Of a stretch of 64,000 nucleotides of DNA, positions 30,461 to 40,733 are shown in pieces; position 1 is the stretch's first letter; the number at the start of each line of letters is the position of its first letter. The notes beneath the pieces were generated by a model that made no database searches, was not told where the DNA came from, and was given only the letters and a program-made list of their open reading frames with translations. A program made the position numbers and the translations under genes. The stretch is from an uncultured Planctomycetota bacterium (lineage in GTDB: Bacteria > Planctomycetota > Brocadiia > JAADGH01 > CAYPFP01): positions 25,640 to 89,639 of the forward strand of contig CAYPFP010000005.1 of NCBI GenBank assembly GCA_964409935.1. Direction: 5' to 3'.

Positions 30461-30494
30461 GAGGCGGCACAGCCGCCGGGGGCTGTGCCGGCTC
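30461..30494. terminator. stem-loop between convergent genes (bidirectional terminator candidate)
   Basis: gaggcggcacagcc / ggctgtgccggctc, a 14-bp stem with one mismatch and a 6-nt loop, between the stops at 30444 (+) and 30501 (-). Confidence 0.4.
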
Positions 30495-30500
30495 GGTGTC

Positions 30501-33263
30501 CTATTTCGGCGCGCCCGGGGTTGGGGACTGCGCCGTCACCAGGTCGTAGGGAGACTTACATTGAGAGGGCTGCGGCGTCAGCGGCGATTCCTTCTTGTCG
30601 CCGTCGGTGCAGGACAGGCGCACCCGCGAGACCATCAATCCGTTGTTGTACGTCCAGATGGCGGCGCGTTTGCCCGTGAGGGGCTGCGGATCGTTGTACT
30701 CCAGGATAAGGTTGCTATCCACGTAGAACGAGAGCTTATTACCGTGTTTGCGCGCCTTGAGATAGAACCAGCGACGATGAATGTTATCTTCGCGCGGAAT
30801 GACCTTCGAGGCCGATTCGACGAGAATCTTGTCGCCCCTCATAATCGCCGAGCGCTGATCGCGCCAACCGCCAAACATGAAGTTGTAGCCTGAGGTGAGG
30901 TCCGTGCCGTCGGCGCTGATGGTGCAATTCATGTCGCTGGCATACTCATAGCGGCGCCCGCGTTCGGCGTCCATCTTGATGGCGGCGTAGAACTCCAGCG
31001 TCACGTCGCCGACCATCTCGCGCTTGTTCCAGATCGCCGCCAGACGCTGACTGCGCCCGCTGAAGAACGACCATCGCGGATCGCATTGCCAGCGGTTCGT
31101 GACCTCCCAAATGCCCGATGCGATGCGCCAGTCGGAAGCCGCTTCCTTGAAGCTGTAATTATGGACGTGATCGCAGTAGACCTCAATGTCCTGTTTCCGG
31201 ATCGGGACGCCGGCCGCGCTCCATCCCACCTTGACACCGCTGACGGGTTCACGGTCGCGATAGCTGAGGACGGCGCGATCGCCCAGGAAGGCAATGACAT
31301 AATTGCCGATTCGCCGGAATAGGAGATGGTCGAACCCGCCCTTTTCGTCAATGTCGGCCGTGCCGACCGGGACGCCGCGACGAGACAGCGTGGCCTTATA
31401 GCCGCTGCCGTGTGCAAGCGTAAACATATATCCGGCGTCAAGCGATTCCTCGTTGCTGGAGATCATGAGTTTCAACTGGGCATTGGCCGGGAATTCCGCC
31501 GGGGCCTTCATCTCAATGTCCACGTCGCCGGGGAAGTCGGCGCGATGCCAGTTAGTCTCGAATGTAACGCCGGCCAGCACGTCGGTGCGCGGCGCCCAGT
31601 CGGATTGCTCGCCGGCCCATTCCTCCATTGTGCGCTCGCGAGAGAAAACCTCGTGCACGGTCATGAGGGGCTGCTTTTCCGGGACGAATTCGACGTTGAC
31701 ATTGGAGAAAGAGGCCTCGGGCGTGTCTTCAGCCAGCAGGCCGATTTTGCCTTCGGTGAGGGAGTTGTCAAACTCCTCGAAGACGGGAGAGCCGTCACAG
31801 GCGGCGAATATCCGTCCTTTGTCGAGCCGGATTGACACATGGCGGGGCTGCGACAGGGCAGGGGGGATGTCTTGCGCAATGATGGAGCGCTTGCCATCAA
31901 CGACCTTGACAAGTTGCCTCTTTGCCTCCGGCCCGGCGGCCCAGAGCATGGCGTAGTAGTTCAACTCGTCCTGATAGTAGAAGCACAGACCGGCTTTGCC
32001 CCTGGAACAGGGGCCAAGGTCGGCCGAGAAGGCGTAATCACTCCAGCGGGACTCGCCGCTGACGGCCTTGGCAGAACCTGACGGCACTGTGCCCACGAAA
32101 CGCGAGCGGCCGCCGTCCGAAACCACCTGCCACGCGCCACCCATCTCAGTCCATTTTCCCGGCGCGAACTCGCGGAAATCCTCCGAAAAGCTGCGCGCGC
32201 TCTTCACCAGGGCGTCGTCGAACTGCGCGCCCTGCAGACTATCCACGTAAAGGCCAACCTTGCCCAGGCACAGCGATGAGTCGCGGGCTTCAAACATGAG
32301 TTGATCATCCACATAGCCGCGGATTCTGCTTGCGGACACCTCACAGCCGAGAACGTACCATTGATTGGGCGTATACCCGCCGGGTTTCTCAGCCAAGACG
32401 GTGTCCACGCCTTTCACGCGTCGCAGCAGTTGCAGCTTGCCCGCTTGTGAAGTGGCCGACCACTTGAGCAAGTAATAATTGTCCTTGTCGCGATAGTAAA
32501 CGTAAATGCCAACGGCTTTGTCGCCCAAAGGCTTGGCCGCGACACGGAAAGAGTAGTTGTCCCAGAACCAGAATCCCCAGGTGACCGCCGCCTCCGAAGG
32601 GCCGCTGCCAATGTAGTAAAAGGCGTTGGTGCTCATGGTGGGGTTGTTGATGGCATTGACCTGCCAGTTACCCGTCACTGTTTCCCACAGGGTCTGGTCG
32701 CCCTCATTGCGCATGAAGTCGTCAGAGCGATACACCTCGCCAATGGGCTGGACCTTGAGATCGCTGAAAGCGACCTGGTTGGCAACCGAGCCGAAGGCCA
32801 GGTTACCGGCCGCGAACGTGTCATCGTATGCGGTGGCGACCACCGCGCCGTCAAGGGCGACCGCGATGGGAGCAGAATGGCGCTTGATGATAATCTCATG
32901 GGCCGAGCCTGGCGTAAGGCCCGCTGCGCCGCGCGTGCCGATGGGAACCTCGAACCCGTTCTCAACCCGTCCAAGGGAAATGCCCGTACCGGCGAGATCC
33001 ACGAAGTAATAATTGTCCCGATCTTGCATCGAGAAGGCCATCCGCGCACGTCCATCGCCGGAATCCGGCTTAAGCGTTGCTTTGCAGGAGACAATGAATT
33101 GCTGTTCCTTAGGGCCCGCGACTTCCTGGTAGGTCATCTCCGTCCATAGCGGGCGCTTGGCTAACTGGGCCTCCTTCGTCGCCGGCGGCTGCATAAGGAG
33201 ATAGGCAGCAACGCCGCCGACTGCGACCAAGGCGAGAACCAGACCCGTTAGGAAGCTGCGCAT
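30501..33263 (-). CDS. large secreted protein with 4-5 tandem LamG/DUF1080-like beta-sandwich modules
   Basis: ATG at 33263 has a GGAGT RBS, followed by a TM/signal segment. Repeated about 180-aa units carry the recurring DNYY / NYY...W motif. Confidence 0.45.
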   Translation of the reverse strand: MRSFLTGLVLALVAVGGVAAYLLMQPPATKEAQLAKRPLWTEMTYQEVAGPKEQQFIVSCKATLKPDSGDGRARMAFSMQDRDNYYFVDLAGTGISLGRVENGFEVPIGTRGAAGLTPGSAHEIIIKRHSAPIAVALDGAVVATAYDDTFAAGNLAFGSVANQVAFSDLKVQPIGEVYRSDDFMRNEGDQTLWETVTGNWQVNAINNPTMSTNAFYYIGSGPSEAAVTWGFWFWDNYSFRVAAKPLGDKAVGIYVYYRDKDNYYLLKWSATSQAGKLQLLRRVKGVDTVLAEKPGGYTPNQWYVLGCEVSASRIRGYVDDQLMFEARDSSLCLGKVGLYVDSLQGAQFDDALVKSARSFSEDFREFAPGKWTEMGGAWQVVSDGGRSRFVGTVPSGSAKAVSGESRWSDYAFSADLGPCSRGKAGLCFYYQDELNYYAMLWAAGPEAKRQLVKVVDGKRSIIAQDIPPALSQPRHVSIRLDKGRIFAACDGSPVFEEFDNSLTEGKIGLLAEDTPEASFSNVNVEFVPEKQPLMTVHEVFSRERTMEEWAGEQSDWAPRTDVLAGVTFETNWHRADFPGDVDIEMKAPAEFPANAQLKLMISSNEESLDAGYMFTLAHGSGYKATLSRRGVPVGTADIDEKGGFDHLLFRRIGNYVIAFLGDRAVLSYRDREPVSGVKVGWSAAGVPIRKQDIEVYCDHVHNYSFKEAASDWRIASGIWEVTNRWQCDPRWSFFSGRSQRLAAIWNKREMVGDVTLEFYAAIKMDAERGRRYEYASDMNCTISADGTDLTSGYNFMFGGWRDQRSAIMRGDKILVESASKVIPREDNIHRRWFYLKARKHGNKLSFYVDSNLILEYNDPQPLTGKRAAIWTYNNGLMVSRVRLSCTDGDKKESPLTPQPSQCKSPYDLVTAQSPTPGAPK

Positions 33264-33322
33264 AGCATATACTCCAAAGACATCCTGGTTACCACTGAAC
33301 TCCCAACCCGACCCATTGACCC

Positions 33323-33388
33323 TATTATAGCGAAAAAGCCTGGGGGGTTTCATTTTTTTCTTGACAAGAATTCGCCGTGGTAGTGTAA
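33323..33388. promoter_or_regulatory. divergent promoter region
   Basis: Plus strand: TTGACA (33360-33365), 17 nt spacer, TGTAAT (33383-33388), about 60 nt before the FecR-like gene. Minus strand: ATGAAA, 18 nt spacer containing C6, then TATAAT (33328-33323), about 60 nt before the 33263 start. Confidence 0.4.
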
Positions 33389-33463
33389 TCTAGGCAAGGT
33401 TCCTGAGCCGGAGAGAGTGTCCAGAGCCATCTGGAAGGATTCCCCATATTGAGGGCTACTCCC

Positions 33464-34414
33464 ATGAGACACCCTGGAATTGCACAAGCATCGGCGCTGG
33501 CGGCGCTCCTGTTTCTGGCAGTTGAGGCGCAGGGGCAACAGCGCATAGCCACTGTCCAGAACTTTACGGGGGAGTTCGAGATCGAGCATAGCGGACAGAT
33601 CATCAAACCCGTGAAAATGGGCGCGATTCTCCGCAATGCCGACGTCTTCGACAGCGATACCGTCCGCACCCGCAAGGGCCAAGCCGATCTATTGGTTATT
33701 GACGGCTCAATTGTCAGAATGAGTGAAAACACAACGCTTTACATGGCGTTTGAGGCGCCGCCCCCTGCCGCGCCCGGAGCGCCTGCGGCTGCTCCAGTGG
33801 ACCGCAAAGTGCGCCTCGTAGTCGGCCGCATCTGGTGCGATATCCGCCCGAGCCGAACCAGCACAACCAAGTTTGAGCTTCCCGACGGGGTTGCCGCGGT
33901 GCGCGGCACGATAGCGGAATTCCATGTTCCCAATAACTTGTCCTTCGACGTCGGGGTGGATAGAGGGGTATTGAGCCTGGTACACACGACAGCAGGCGTC
34001 GAGATGAGCCTGGCCGGCGGCAACAAGCTGGGCGCGCAGTCAGTAGATGCGAACAGCGTTCAGTTCACGAACCTCGGAACCGGCGACGTTGACCTGGTTC
34101 TGGCAGACGGTTCACGGGTGAGCGGATTTGGGCCGACCGACATCGTGCAGGTCACGCGAAACCCCGATGGCTCATACAAGGTGACAATGATCAAGGGTAG
34201 CGCAACCTTCACTGATTCCACAGGGCGTTCGTCATCGGTCAATGAGGGACAGAGCGCCACCTCGCAAGGTGTAACCGGCCCGGGAGCGGGCGGAGTTCCT
34301 GGCGGTGGTGTGCCACCGGGGCGGGGGGGGGGCGCGGCAGGCGGTGGCGGCGGCGGCCCGACCTCACCAGGGTCAGGCACCCCAAATGAGCAATACCCTC
34401 CACACGTTCAGTAA
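33464..34414 (+). CDS. FecR-domain secreted protein with Gly/Pro-rich C-terminal tail
   Basis: Signal peptide. FecR signature RTRKGQADLLVIDGSIVRMSENTTLYM. Low-complexity GGGAAGGGGGGPTSPGSG tail. ATG at 33464 has a GAGGG RBS; the track start at 33449 is a TTG. Confidence 0.6.
   Translation: MRHPGIAQASALAALLFLAVEAQGQQRIATVQNFTGEFEIEHSGQIIKPVKMGAILRNADVFDSDTVRTRKGQADLLVIDGSIVRMSENTTLYMAFEAPPPAAPGAPAAAPVDRKVRLVVGRIWCDIRPSRTSTTKFELPDGVAAVRGTIAEFHVPNNLSFDVGVDRGVLSLVHTTAGVEMSLAGGNKLGAQSVDANSVQFTNLGTGDVDLVLADGSRVSGFGPTDIVQVTRNPDGSYKVTMIKGSATFTDSTGRSSSVNEGQSATSQGVTGPGAGGVPGGGVPPGRGGGAAGGGGGGPTSPGSGTPNEQYPPHVQ
34323..34332 (+). repeat. G10 homopolymeric tract inside the FecR-like CDS
   Basis: gcGGGGGGGGGGcgcgg, a run of ten G, within the codons for RGGGA. 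Confidence 0.8.
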
Positions 34415-34495
34415 TCGCTTTGGTGTACCCACAAGCCGAGGGAGGATGCCTTCCGAACGGTGCGGAGCGCATGTAGGCGGCCTTTGCGGCAAGAA

Positions 34496-35647
34496 ATGAG
34501 CATGGCCAGGAGCACATCCCGACGCAATGCCGGAGTTCTGGCCGTTGTTGGCGCCCGACCAAACTTTGTCAAGATAGCCCCTATCGTTCACGCCTTTCGA
34601 AGCCTGGACTTGCGTCTGGACATTGTTCATACCGGACAACACTACGATGACCCCATGTCCGGCCTTTTCTTCCGGGAGCTTCGGATACCCGGACCTGTCG
34701 CGAACCTTCACGTGGGATCCGGAACCCACGCGTGGCAGACGGCGGAGATTATGCGGCGCTTTGAGCCGGTGCTGTCAGAACGGAAGCCCGCGCTTGTCCT
34801 GGTGATTGGAGATGTGAACTCGACTGTCGCCTGCTCCCTTGTCGCCGCCAAAGTGGGGGTCAAACTTGGCCACGTAGAAGCCGGGTTGCGCAGCTTCGAC
34901 CGAACCATGCCGGAGGAGATCAACCGGGTGGTAACCGATGTGCTGGCCGATCACCTGTTCGTGACCGAACCCGCCGGCGTGCGCAACCTGGAGAATGAAG
35001 GCATCTCGGGCGGTAAGATTCACCTTGTCGGCGACGTCCTTGCCGATGCGCTGAGACTGTACCGGCCGGTCATCAACAGCTCGGACATCGTGCGGCGGAT
35101 GCTCGACGCGCATTCCTGCGACCTCTCGCAGCCTTACTGCGTTACCACCCTTCATCGCCCATCAAACGTAGACGACCCAAAGGTTTTCACCCGCCTTGTC
35201 ACCGCTATTGCCCGCGTAGCGCAAGCGGCCCCCGTCATATTCCCGGTTCATCCCAGGACCCGCAAACGGGTAGAGCAGGGGGGTCTGCGTACTGGTTCCC
35301 GAGCACCATCCGGCTGCAGGATAGTCTATCTCGACCCTCTGGGATATCTGGATTTCGTCCGGCTGTTGCAGGGCGCAAAGCTCCTCCTCACCGACTCCGG
35401 CGGCGCCCAACAGGAGGCGTTTATCCTCGGCGTCCCATGCCTGACCCTCCGGGAGACCACGGAACGACCCATGACCCTTCTGGGCGGCATGAACACGCTC
35501 GTAGGAACTGCTGCGAAGCAGATCGTCACCCAGGCCCTGGCAATTCTGGAGGGCAACCGAAGACCCAAGCGACCGGGCTATTCCTACCTTGACGGACACG
35601 CGGCCGAACGCATTGCCCGGATCGTTCGGAAAGCCTGCTGTACGTGA
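34496..35647 (+). CDS. wecB: UDP-N-acetylglucosamine 2-epimerase (non-hydrolysing)
   Basis: VVGARPNFVKIAP N-terminal motif and colinear epimerase-2 family blocks (HVEAGLRS, DSGG). The start is ambiguous between GTG 34460, ATG 34496 and ATG 34502. Confidence 0.7.
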   Translation: MSMARSTSRRNAGVLAVVGARPNFVKIAPIVHAFRSLDLRLDIVHTGQHYDDPMSGLFFRELRIPGPVANLHVGSGTHAWQTAEIMRRFEPVLSERKPALVLVIGDVNSTVACSLVAAKVGVKLGHVEAGLRSFDRTMPEEINRVVTDVLADHLFVTEPAGVRNLENEGISGGKIHLVGDVLADALRLYRPVINSSDIVRRMLDAHSCDLSQPYCVTTLHRPSNVDDPKVFTRLVTAIARVAQAAPVIFPVHPRTRKRVEQGGLRTGSRAPSGCRIVYLDPLGYLDFVRLLQGAKLLLTDSGGAQQEAFILGVPCLTLRETTERPMTLLGGMNTLVGTAAKQIVTQALAILEGNRRPKRPGYSYLDGHAAERIARIVRKACCT

Positions 35648-36329
35648 GTCGCCCTGGCCTTCGACTGTAGGCCGAACGGATGTTCTTCTGGTCTCCGAAC
35701 CTCCTGGAACCTCGCCCGGAGAGGGGGGTTTTAGATACACTATGTCGCATAATATATGTTATGTACTTTAGGGTTGTTCCGCCTCGCCGGATGCCCGCTC
35801 TCTTGCCGGCTCTGGCCACCCGGCGGAGCGGCCGAGTGTCCCGGCACGAATGGTCCAGTACTTTCAACGGTTCAGGATCGTCCCTGTGCGCTCTACGGCA
35901 CCACTGTTCGCCTACGGGGTCGCCGAGCCGCTTCACCAGACATCATCCTGCGGTACGACCAGAGGCTGACTGCCGTGCGTTGGCTCCCGATTCCGATACA
36001 GCAATTCAGTGTGCCCGCCCACAAGCGCATGTTGAAAGGATGAGTCACGTTACCGCAAGCCAGGCACTCACATCCAGGTCCTTGTCGTCGCAGCAAACGT
36101 TCCCCTAATGGCCCGCGCGCCAGGTGTTGCATCTGGCCATTACGCTTTGTTTGTCACATCTGCTGTTGATTTGCCAGCTTAACCCTCCAATTGATAACGA
36201 TAATGGCCACTATGCAATATTACGTATACAAACGTACTCGTACCTAGTGAGGCGGGCGGCGAGAGCTGTGTCGTGAATCCAGAACACTCGATGCACTCTT
36301 GCCCTACGAACAAATTCGAATTTAGATTC

Positions 36330-36359
36330 TTGACAACCATGCAATCTCTGTGGTAAAAA
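36330..36359 (+). promoter_or_regulatory. sigma70-like promoter upstream of the XRE gene
   Basis: TTGACA, 18 nt spacer, TGgTAAAAA (extended -10), about 50 nt upstream of the GTG at 36411. Confidence 0.35.
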
Positions 36360-36410
36360 AGCCAAAGTGGCAGCTCTTGGAGTCTGTGCAGAGGTTGCAG
36401 AGGTGAAGCC

Positions 36411-36671
36411 GTGACACTCAGAGAAGTCATACGCAGGAGCGGCCTGAAGCAGCGTGAAGTAGCAGAACGCGCCGGGCTTAGCGCGCAATACCTTTGCGAT
36501 ATCGTCAAGGGACGAACTGTGCCACCGCCTTGGACTGTTGAGGCTATTGCGCGCGTGCTTATGACGTCACCGCAGGAGGTAAGCCAAGCCATAAGCACGC
36601 AGCGGCTTCTCGGGTTGCTGTCCAGGAGCGCAAGACCGGCGCGTGAACTCGCCCCGGAGATGTCGGAATAG
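36411..36671 (+). CDS. XRE-family helix-turn-helix transcriptional regulator (86 aa)
   Basis: GLKQREVAERAGLSAQYLCDIVKGRTVPP is a classic HTH_3 motif. GTG start with a GAGGTGAAG RBS. Confidence 0.7.
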   Translation: MTLREVIRRSGLKQREVAERAGLSAQYLCDIVKGRTVPPPWTVEAIARVLMTSPQEVSQAISTQRLLGLLSRSARPARELAPEMSE

Positions 36672-36718
36672 GCGCCTTCGTATCTTCTGCCCCCCGCGCT
36701 GCCGCAGCCCTAGGGCGG

Positions 36719-37351
36719 TCACGACAACAGGTCTGCAAAGGCTCTCTGCGCCTGCTGGACAAACTGACGCAGCAACCGCCTGTCCTTCCTGCCCGGTTCC
36801 GCCTCAACGCCGGAGCAAACATCCACCCCAAATGGGGCGACTTTGCGGATCGCCTCTGAGACGTTATCCGGAGTCAAGCCCCCGGCAAGGATGATGGGCG
36901 AACCGCACGTGACGCCTTTCGCAAGGCTCCAGTCGAAAACGGCTCCCGTGCCGCCTTTTTTGCCCGGCACGCAAGCGTCCAGGAGCACTGCATCAACGTC
37001 GTAGCGGCGAAGCTGCAACAGGTCGCGCGCAGAAGCCACGCGGATCGCCTTGAGGATCTTGAATGCCCTCAGCTCGCTGACGATCGTGGGCGGCTCGTCA
37101 CCCTGTAACTGCACCGTACGAATTCCGCAGAACTCACACGTACGTCTAATGTGCCCCACATTCTCGTCAACAAAAAGCGCCACGGGTTCCACGAACGGCG
37201 GCAGATTCGCCACAATAGCACGCACACGCTCCGCCTGGACGAATCTGGGGCTTTCCGGATAGAGATTGAAACCCAACGCATCCGCGCCCAGTCTGGATGC
37301 CAGTTGCGCATCAGTGGCATTCGTTATCCCGCAGATTTTTATCTTGCCCAT
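36719..37351 (-). CDS. trpF: phosphoribosylanthranilate isomerase
   Basis: MGKIKICGIT start and the GGTGAVFDW motif, at the typical 210 aa length. Confidence 0.85.
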   Translation of the reverse strand: MGKIKICGITNATDAQLASRLGADALGFNLYPESPRFVQAERVRAIVANLPPFVEPVALFVDENVGHIRRTCEFCGIRTVQLQGDEPPTIVSELRAFKILKAIRVASARDLLQLRRYDVDAVLLDACVPGKKGGTGAVFDWSLAKGVTCGSPIILAGGLTPDNVSEAIRKVAPFGVDVCSGVEAEPGRKDRRLLRQFVQQAQRAFADLLS

Positions 37352-37387
37352 TTCGTTCGCTCAAACCCGCTTGTGGTGGACAAATCC

Positions 37388-38971
37388 TCAATGCCGGAAA
37401 TGACGTATTCCCGTGAACACCATGGCCAAGCCGTGCTCATCCGCGGCAGACATGATCTCGTCGTCCCTGACGGAACCGCCCGGCTGAATGACAGCCGACG
37501 CCCCGGCCACCGCCGCCGCATCAACACCATCCCGGAAAGGAAACATGGCGTCCGACGCCAGAACAGAACCTTTGGCCTTCTCGCCCGCCTTGCGGGAAGC
37601 GATCATGGCTGACTCTACCCGGCTCATCTGACCAGCGCCGACGCCCACGGTCGTTAGGTCCTTAACGAGGACTATGGCATTTGACTTCACGTGCTTGGCG
37701 ATCAGCCATGCAAAAGACAGGTCGCGCATTTCGGAGTCCGTGGGTTTCCTCTTGGTCACAACGCGCCAGGTCGAGGGGTCATCGGCGAGCACATCGCGCC
37801 CCTGAACGAGAAGGCCGCCCACGACCGTTCGCACAAAACGATCGTCCTTCTTGATGCTGCCTCTCGAAAGGGCGCCGACCCGCACCAGGCGCACACTGTT
37901 CTTCCACTTTGGCACAGTCGTCAAGATTTCCAGGGCAGCGGGGGCGAAGTCCGGCGCAATGATGCATTCGACGAATTTTGTAGCCACCGTGCCGGGAGCC
38001 ACGATGATCGAGGCGGTATGCTCGTCCACGGTCCTGTTCATTGCAATGATACAGCCGAAGGCCGAGACCGGGTCTGCATCATAGGCCCGCTGGAAAGCCT
38101 CCGCCAACGACTCGGCGCAGGCGGCGCCGCAGGGGTTTGTATGCTTGATGATGGCCACGGTCGGCGCCTCAAACTCCTTGACGATCTCAAGACCGGCGTC
38201 GAGGTCCATAATATTGTTATACGAGACCTCTTTGCCGTGCAGAATCTCCCCTTTGGCGACCGATGGCTCGGACATATTCCGTTCCATGTAGAAGGCCCCC
38301 TTCTGGTGGGGGTTCTCGCCGTATCGAAGAAGGCTCTTCTTCACGAAGGCCAACGACATTGAATCCGGGAAGTCCACGCGCGCGATGCCGTTCAGATAGG
38401 ACGCAATGGCCGCGTCATACGCAGCCGTCGTGCTGAACGCCTCGCGCGCCAATAGGGCCAGGGTTTCCTGACTCAGGACGCCGGCGTTGGCCCTCATCTC
38501 GTCGAGGATGCCCGCGTACCGCTCGGGATTCACCACCACGGCCACGAACTTATGGTTCTTCGCAGCGGAACGCAGCATCGAGGGGCCGCCGATGTCAATG
38601 TTCTCAATCGCCTCTTCGAGGCTCACGTCAGGCTTCGACACCGTCGCCTCGAAAGGATACAAGTTAACCACCACCATATCAATCGGCCCGATGCCCAACT
38701 TCTCCATCGCGGCGCAATGCTCCGCGTTGTCGCGCACGGCAAGCAGACCGCCGTGCACCTTCGGGTGGAGAGTCTTTACGCGGCCGTCCATGATCTCCGG
38801 AAAACCGGTGTAGTCGGATATCTCAATGACGTTAACGCCGCTCTGTTTCAGCTGCCTTGCCGTACCGCCGGTGGAGATGATCTCAACGTCGAGGGCGGCG
38901 AGGCCCTTGACGAACTCAACAATGCCCTTCTTGTCTGATACGCTAACCAAGGCTCTCCGAATTCTTGTCAT
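37388..38971 (-). CDS. purH: bifunctional AICAR transformylase / IMP cyclohydrolase
   Basis: [24 protein letters not shown]...ISTGGTA...[10 protein letters not shown] matches PurH. ATG at 38971 gives 528 aa; the longer track ORF start is unsupported. Confidence 0.9.
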   Translation of the reverse strand: MTRIRRALVSVSDKKGIVEFVKGLAALDVEIISTGGTARQLKQSGVNVIEISDYTGFPEIMDGRVKTLHPKVHGGLLAVRDNAEHCAAMEKLGIGPIDMVVVNLYPFEATVSKPDVSLEEAIENIDIGGPSMLRSAAKNHKFVAVVVNPERYAGILDEMRANAGVLSQETLALLAREAFSTTAAYDAAIASYLNGIARVDFPDSMSLAFVKKSLLRYGENPHQKGAFYMERNMSEPSVAKGEILHGKEVSYNNIMDLDAGLEIVKEFEAPTVAIIKHTNPCGAACAESLAEAFQRAYDADPVSAFGCIIAMNRTVDEHTASIIVAPGTVATKFVECIIAPDFAPAALEILTTVPKWKNSVRLVRVGALSRGSIKKDDRFVRTVVGGLLVQGRDVLADDPSTWRVVTKRKPTDSEMRDLSFAWLIAKHVKSNAIVLVKDLTTVGVGAGQMSRVESAMIASRKAGEKAKGSVLASDAMFPFRDGVDAAAVAGASAVIQPGGSVRDDEIMSAADEHGLAMVFTGIRHFRH

Positions 38972-39131
38972 TCCTAACGCTCCTGAGCTAGATAGTCCGC
39001 GCTCATACTGAGCCAAGTTGGCCGCAACACGCTCGCCTGACACGTTCCATAGGACAATCTCAGGCTGAACACAATACGCGGTCCAGCCGCACAAACCAAT
39101 CCCCCAAACCCCGGCACGGCACATGGGAACG

Positions 39132-40463
39132 TCAGCGGGAAAGCGGCCTCTCCCTGGCCGCCTCCTTCGCCCTGTCGGCAGCACCTGCCAGAGCCGTCTG
39201 GAAGACGGGCGAAAGCCCCTGCCCCTTTTCCGTCACCAGCTTCTCCTTCTCGCGCAACACGCCCCGAACGGCAGCCTGTAACGCCAATGAAAACTTGGAA
39301 TAGTAATAGAGCCGCGGCCGCGTATGAACGTAAGCGAACTGTTCTTTGGCAACACGAATCATCTCGGCTCGCGCGCCGAAGGCGTCGGGCTTCTCGTAGA
39401 GAGACCGCTCCACCGGCAATGCTGACTTGCAGTACCTGACCTGATTCTCCGGGTTTGCCAGGAAATTGATGTAACGCCAGGCAATCTCCGGTAGCGCGGA
39501 ATCGGCATTTACGGCCAGGCCAAACGCCCGAGCAATCGAGGCGCTTCGAACGCCCTTCTCTCCCCCTGGCCCTCCGCTCCCGGGAGCCAGTGTCACGCCA
39601 ATCTCTCCAGCCGCCCTGGACTTGGCCCTGTCGTTGGCAACGGAGAATGTTTCCACCCAGTTGAGGCAGAAAGCGGCTTGGCCCTCACTCAGCAGGTGTG
39701 CGGCATCTTTGCTGTTCGAATTCACGCACATCGGATTAGCCAGACCATCGTCCAAGAGTCTCCTCATGAACGCAAGCGATTCAACCCCCGGTTGATCCGC
39801 GAAGGCAGGCTCCCGTTTCGCATTCATGAAAGAACCGCCCTTGGCAAGGAGCACGCAACCAAAATCACAAATGAGGCTGTCCTGGTGGGCCCAGTGCGCG
39901 GCGATCGGGAACGGCACCACCCCTTTCTCCTTGAGCCGCTTGGACTGCGCGGCAAGATCGTCCCAAGTCGCCGGGGGAGACTCGATTCCGGCGGCTGCAA
40001 GCATTTTCTTGTTGTAGAACAAGCATAGGCAGTCCACCATCCAGGGCATCGCATACCACTTGCCTTTAAGCCGGAACCATTCCGCCGCAAACGGCATGAT
40101 ACCCGGTCCGCCAGTAGAAACGGACACGCCCCTCATCCGGTCCGTAAGGTCCGCAATAAACTCCCCTTCGGCAAACTCCGACATCCAGACCCCTTCGACC
40201 ATCATAACATCGTAGGCCTGAGCACGTGTAGCGGCTGGAGAGATGATCGCCGTATGCTGGGACTCCGGGGCAACAAAGAATGGAAGGACGTCAACAGATT
40301 TCACATCCTTCTGAAACTCCTTTGTCAAGGCTCTGATATCTTCCTCGAGCCAGCCAGTATCCTTCATAAAGAGCGCCGTCAACCTCGGCCTTTCCTCGTC
40401 GCCACAGCCGAGAACGGAAAGGAGCGCGGCAAAGACAGCTACGACGCAGACCGACCGCCTCAT
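39132..40463 (-). CDS. ABC transporter substrate-binding lipoprotein (family-1 sugar-type SBP)
   Basis: ATG at 40463, then a lipobox LSVLGCG, then the SBP_bac_1 pattern (ALFMKDTGW..., WAHQ...). The longer track start is unsupported. Confidence 0.6.
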   Translation of the reverse strand: MRRSVCVVAVFAALLSVLGCGDEERPRLTALFMKDTGWLEEDIRALTKEFQKDVKSVDVLPFFVAPESQHTAIISPAATRAQAYDVMMVEGVWMSEFAEGEFIADLTDRMRGVSVSTGGPGIMPFAAEWFRLKGKWYAMPWMVDCLCLFYNKKMLAAAGIESPPATWDDLAAQSKRLKEKGVVPFPIAAHWAHQDSLICDFGCVLLAKGGSFMNAKREPAFADQPGVESLAFMRRLLDDGLANPMCVNSNSKDAAHLLSEGQAAFCLNWVETFSVANDRAKSRAAGEIGVTLAPGSGGPGGEKGVRSASIARAFGLAVNADSALPEIAWRYINFLANPENQVRYCKSALPVERSLYEKPDAFGARAEMIRVAKEQFAYVHTRPRLYYYSKFSLALQAAVRGVLREKEKLVTEKGQGLSPVFQTALAGAADRAKEAARERPLSR

Positions 40464-40733
40464 GGCATCCTCACTTGATTTTTCAACGGTGCTGGTATTA
40501 TCCTTATGGCAATATGGCGAAGTCAACATGAAACAGCCCCGACGCGAATTGGCGCTCTCTCCGTCTGGCGAGGGGAACTTTTTACAGGACCTGGCACTCA
40601 CATGAAAGTGCCTGGCTCGCGCCAAGACGTCGGGCGCGTGCCTGGCACTGCGTGCTCCTTCCGGGAACCATCGAGATGGATACCGTTGACGTGGGATCGC
40701 TCACCGGCGGCCGCCTCGCCCGTATCGAGGCGG

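Noticed and set aside
35756-36043. 95-aa ORF upstream of the XRE gene as a possible HigB/RelE-like toxin partner
   Set aside because: Codon third-position GC is not elevated. The sequence has no toxin-fold motifs and no RBS; I treat it as noncoding.
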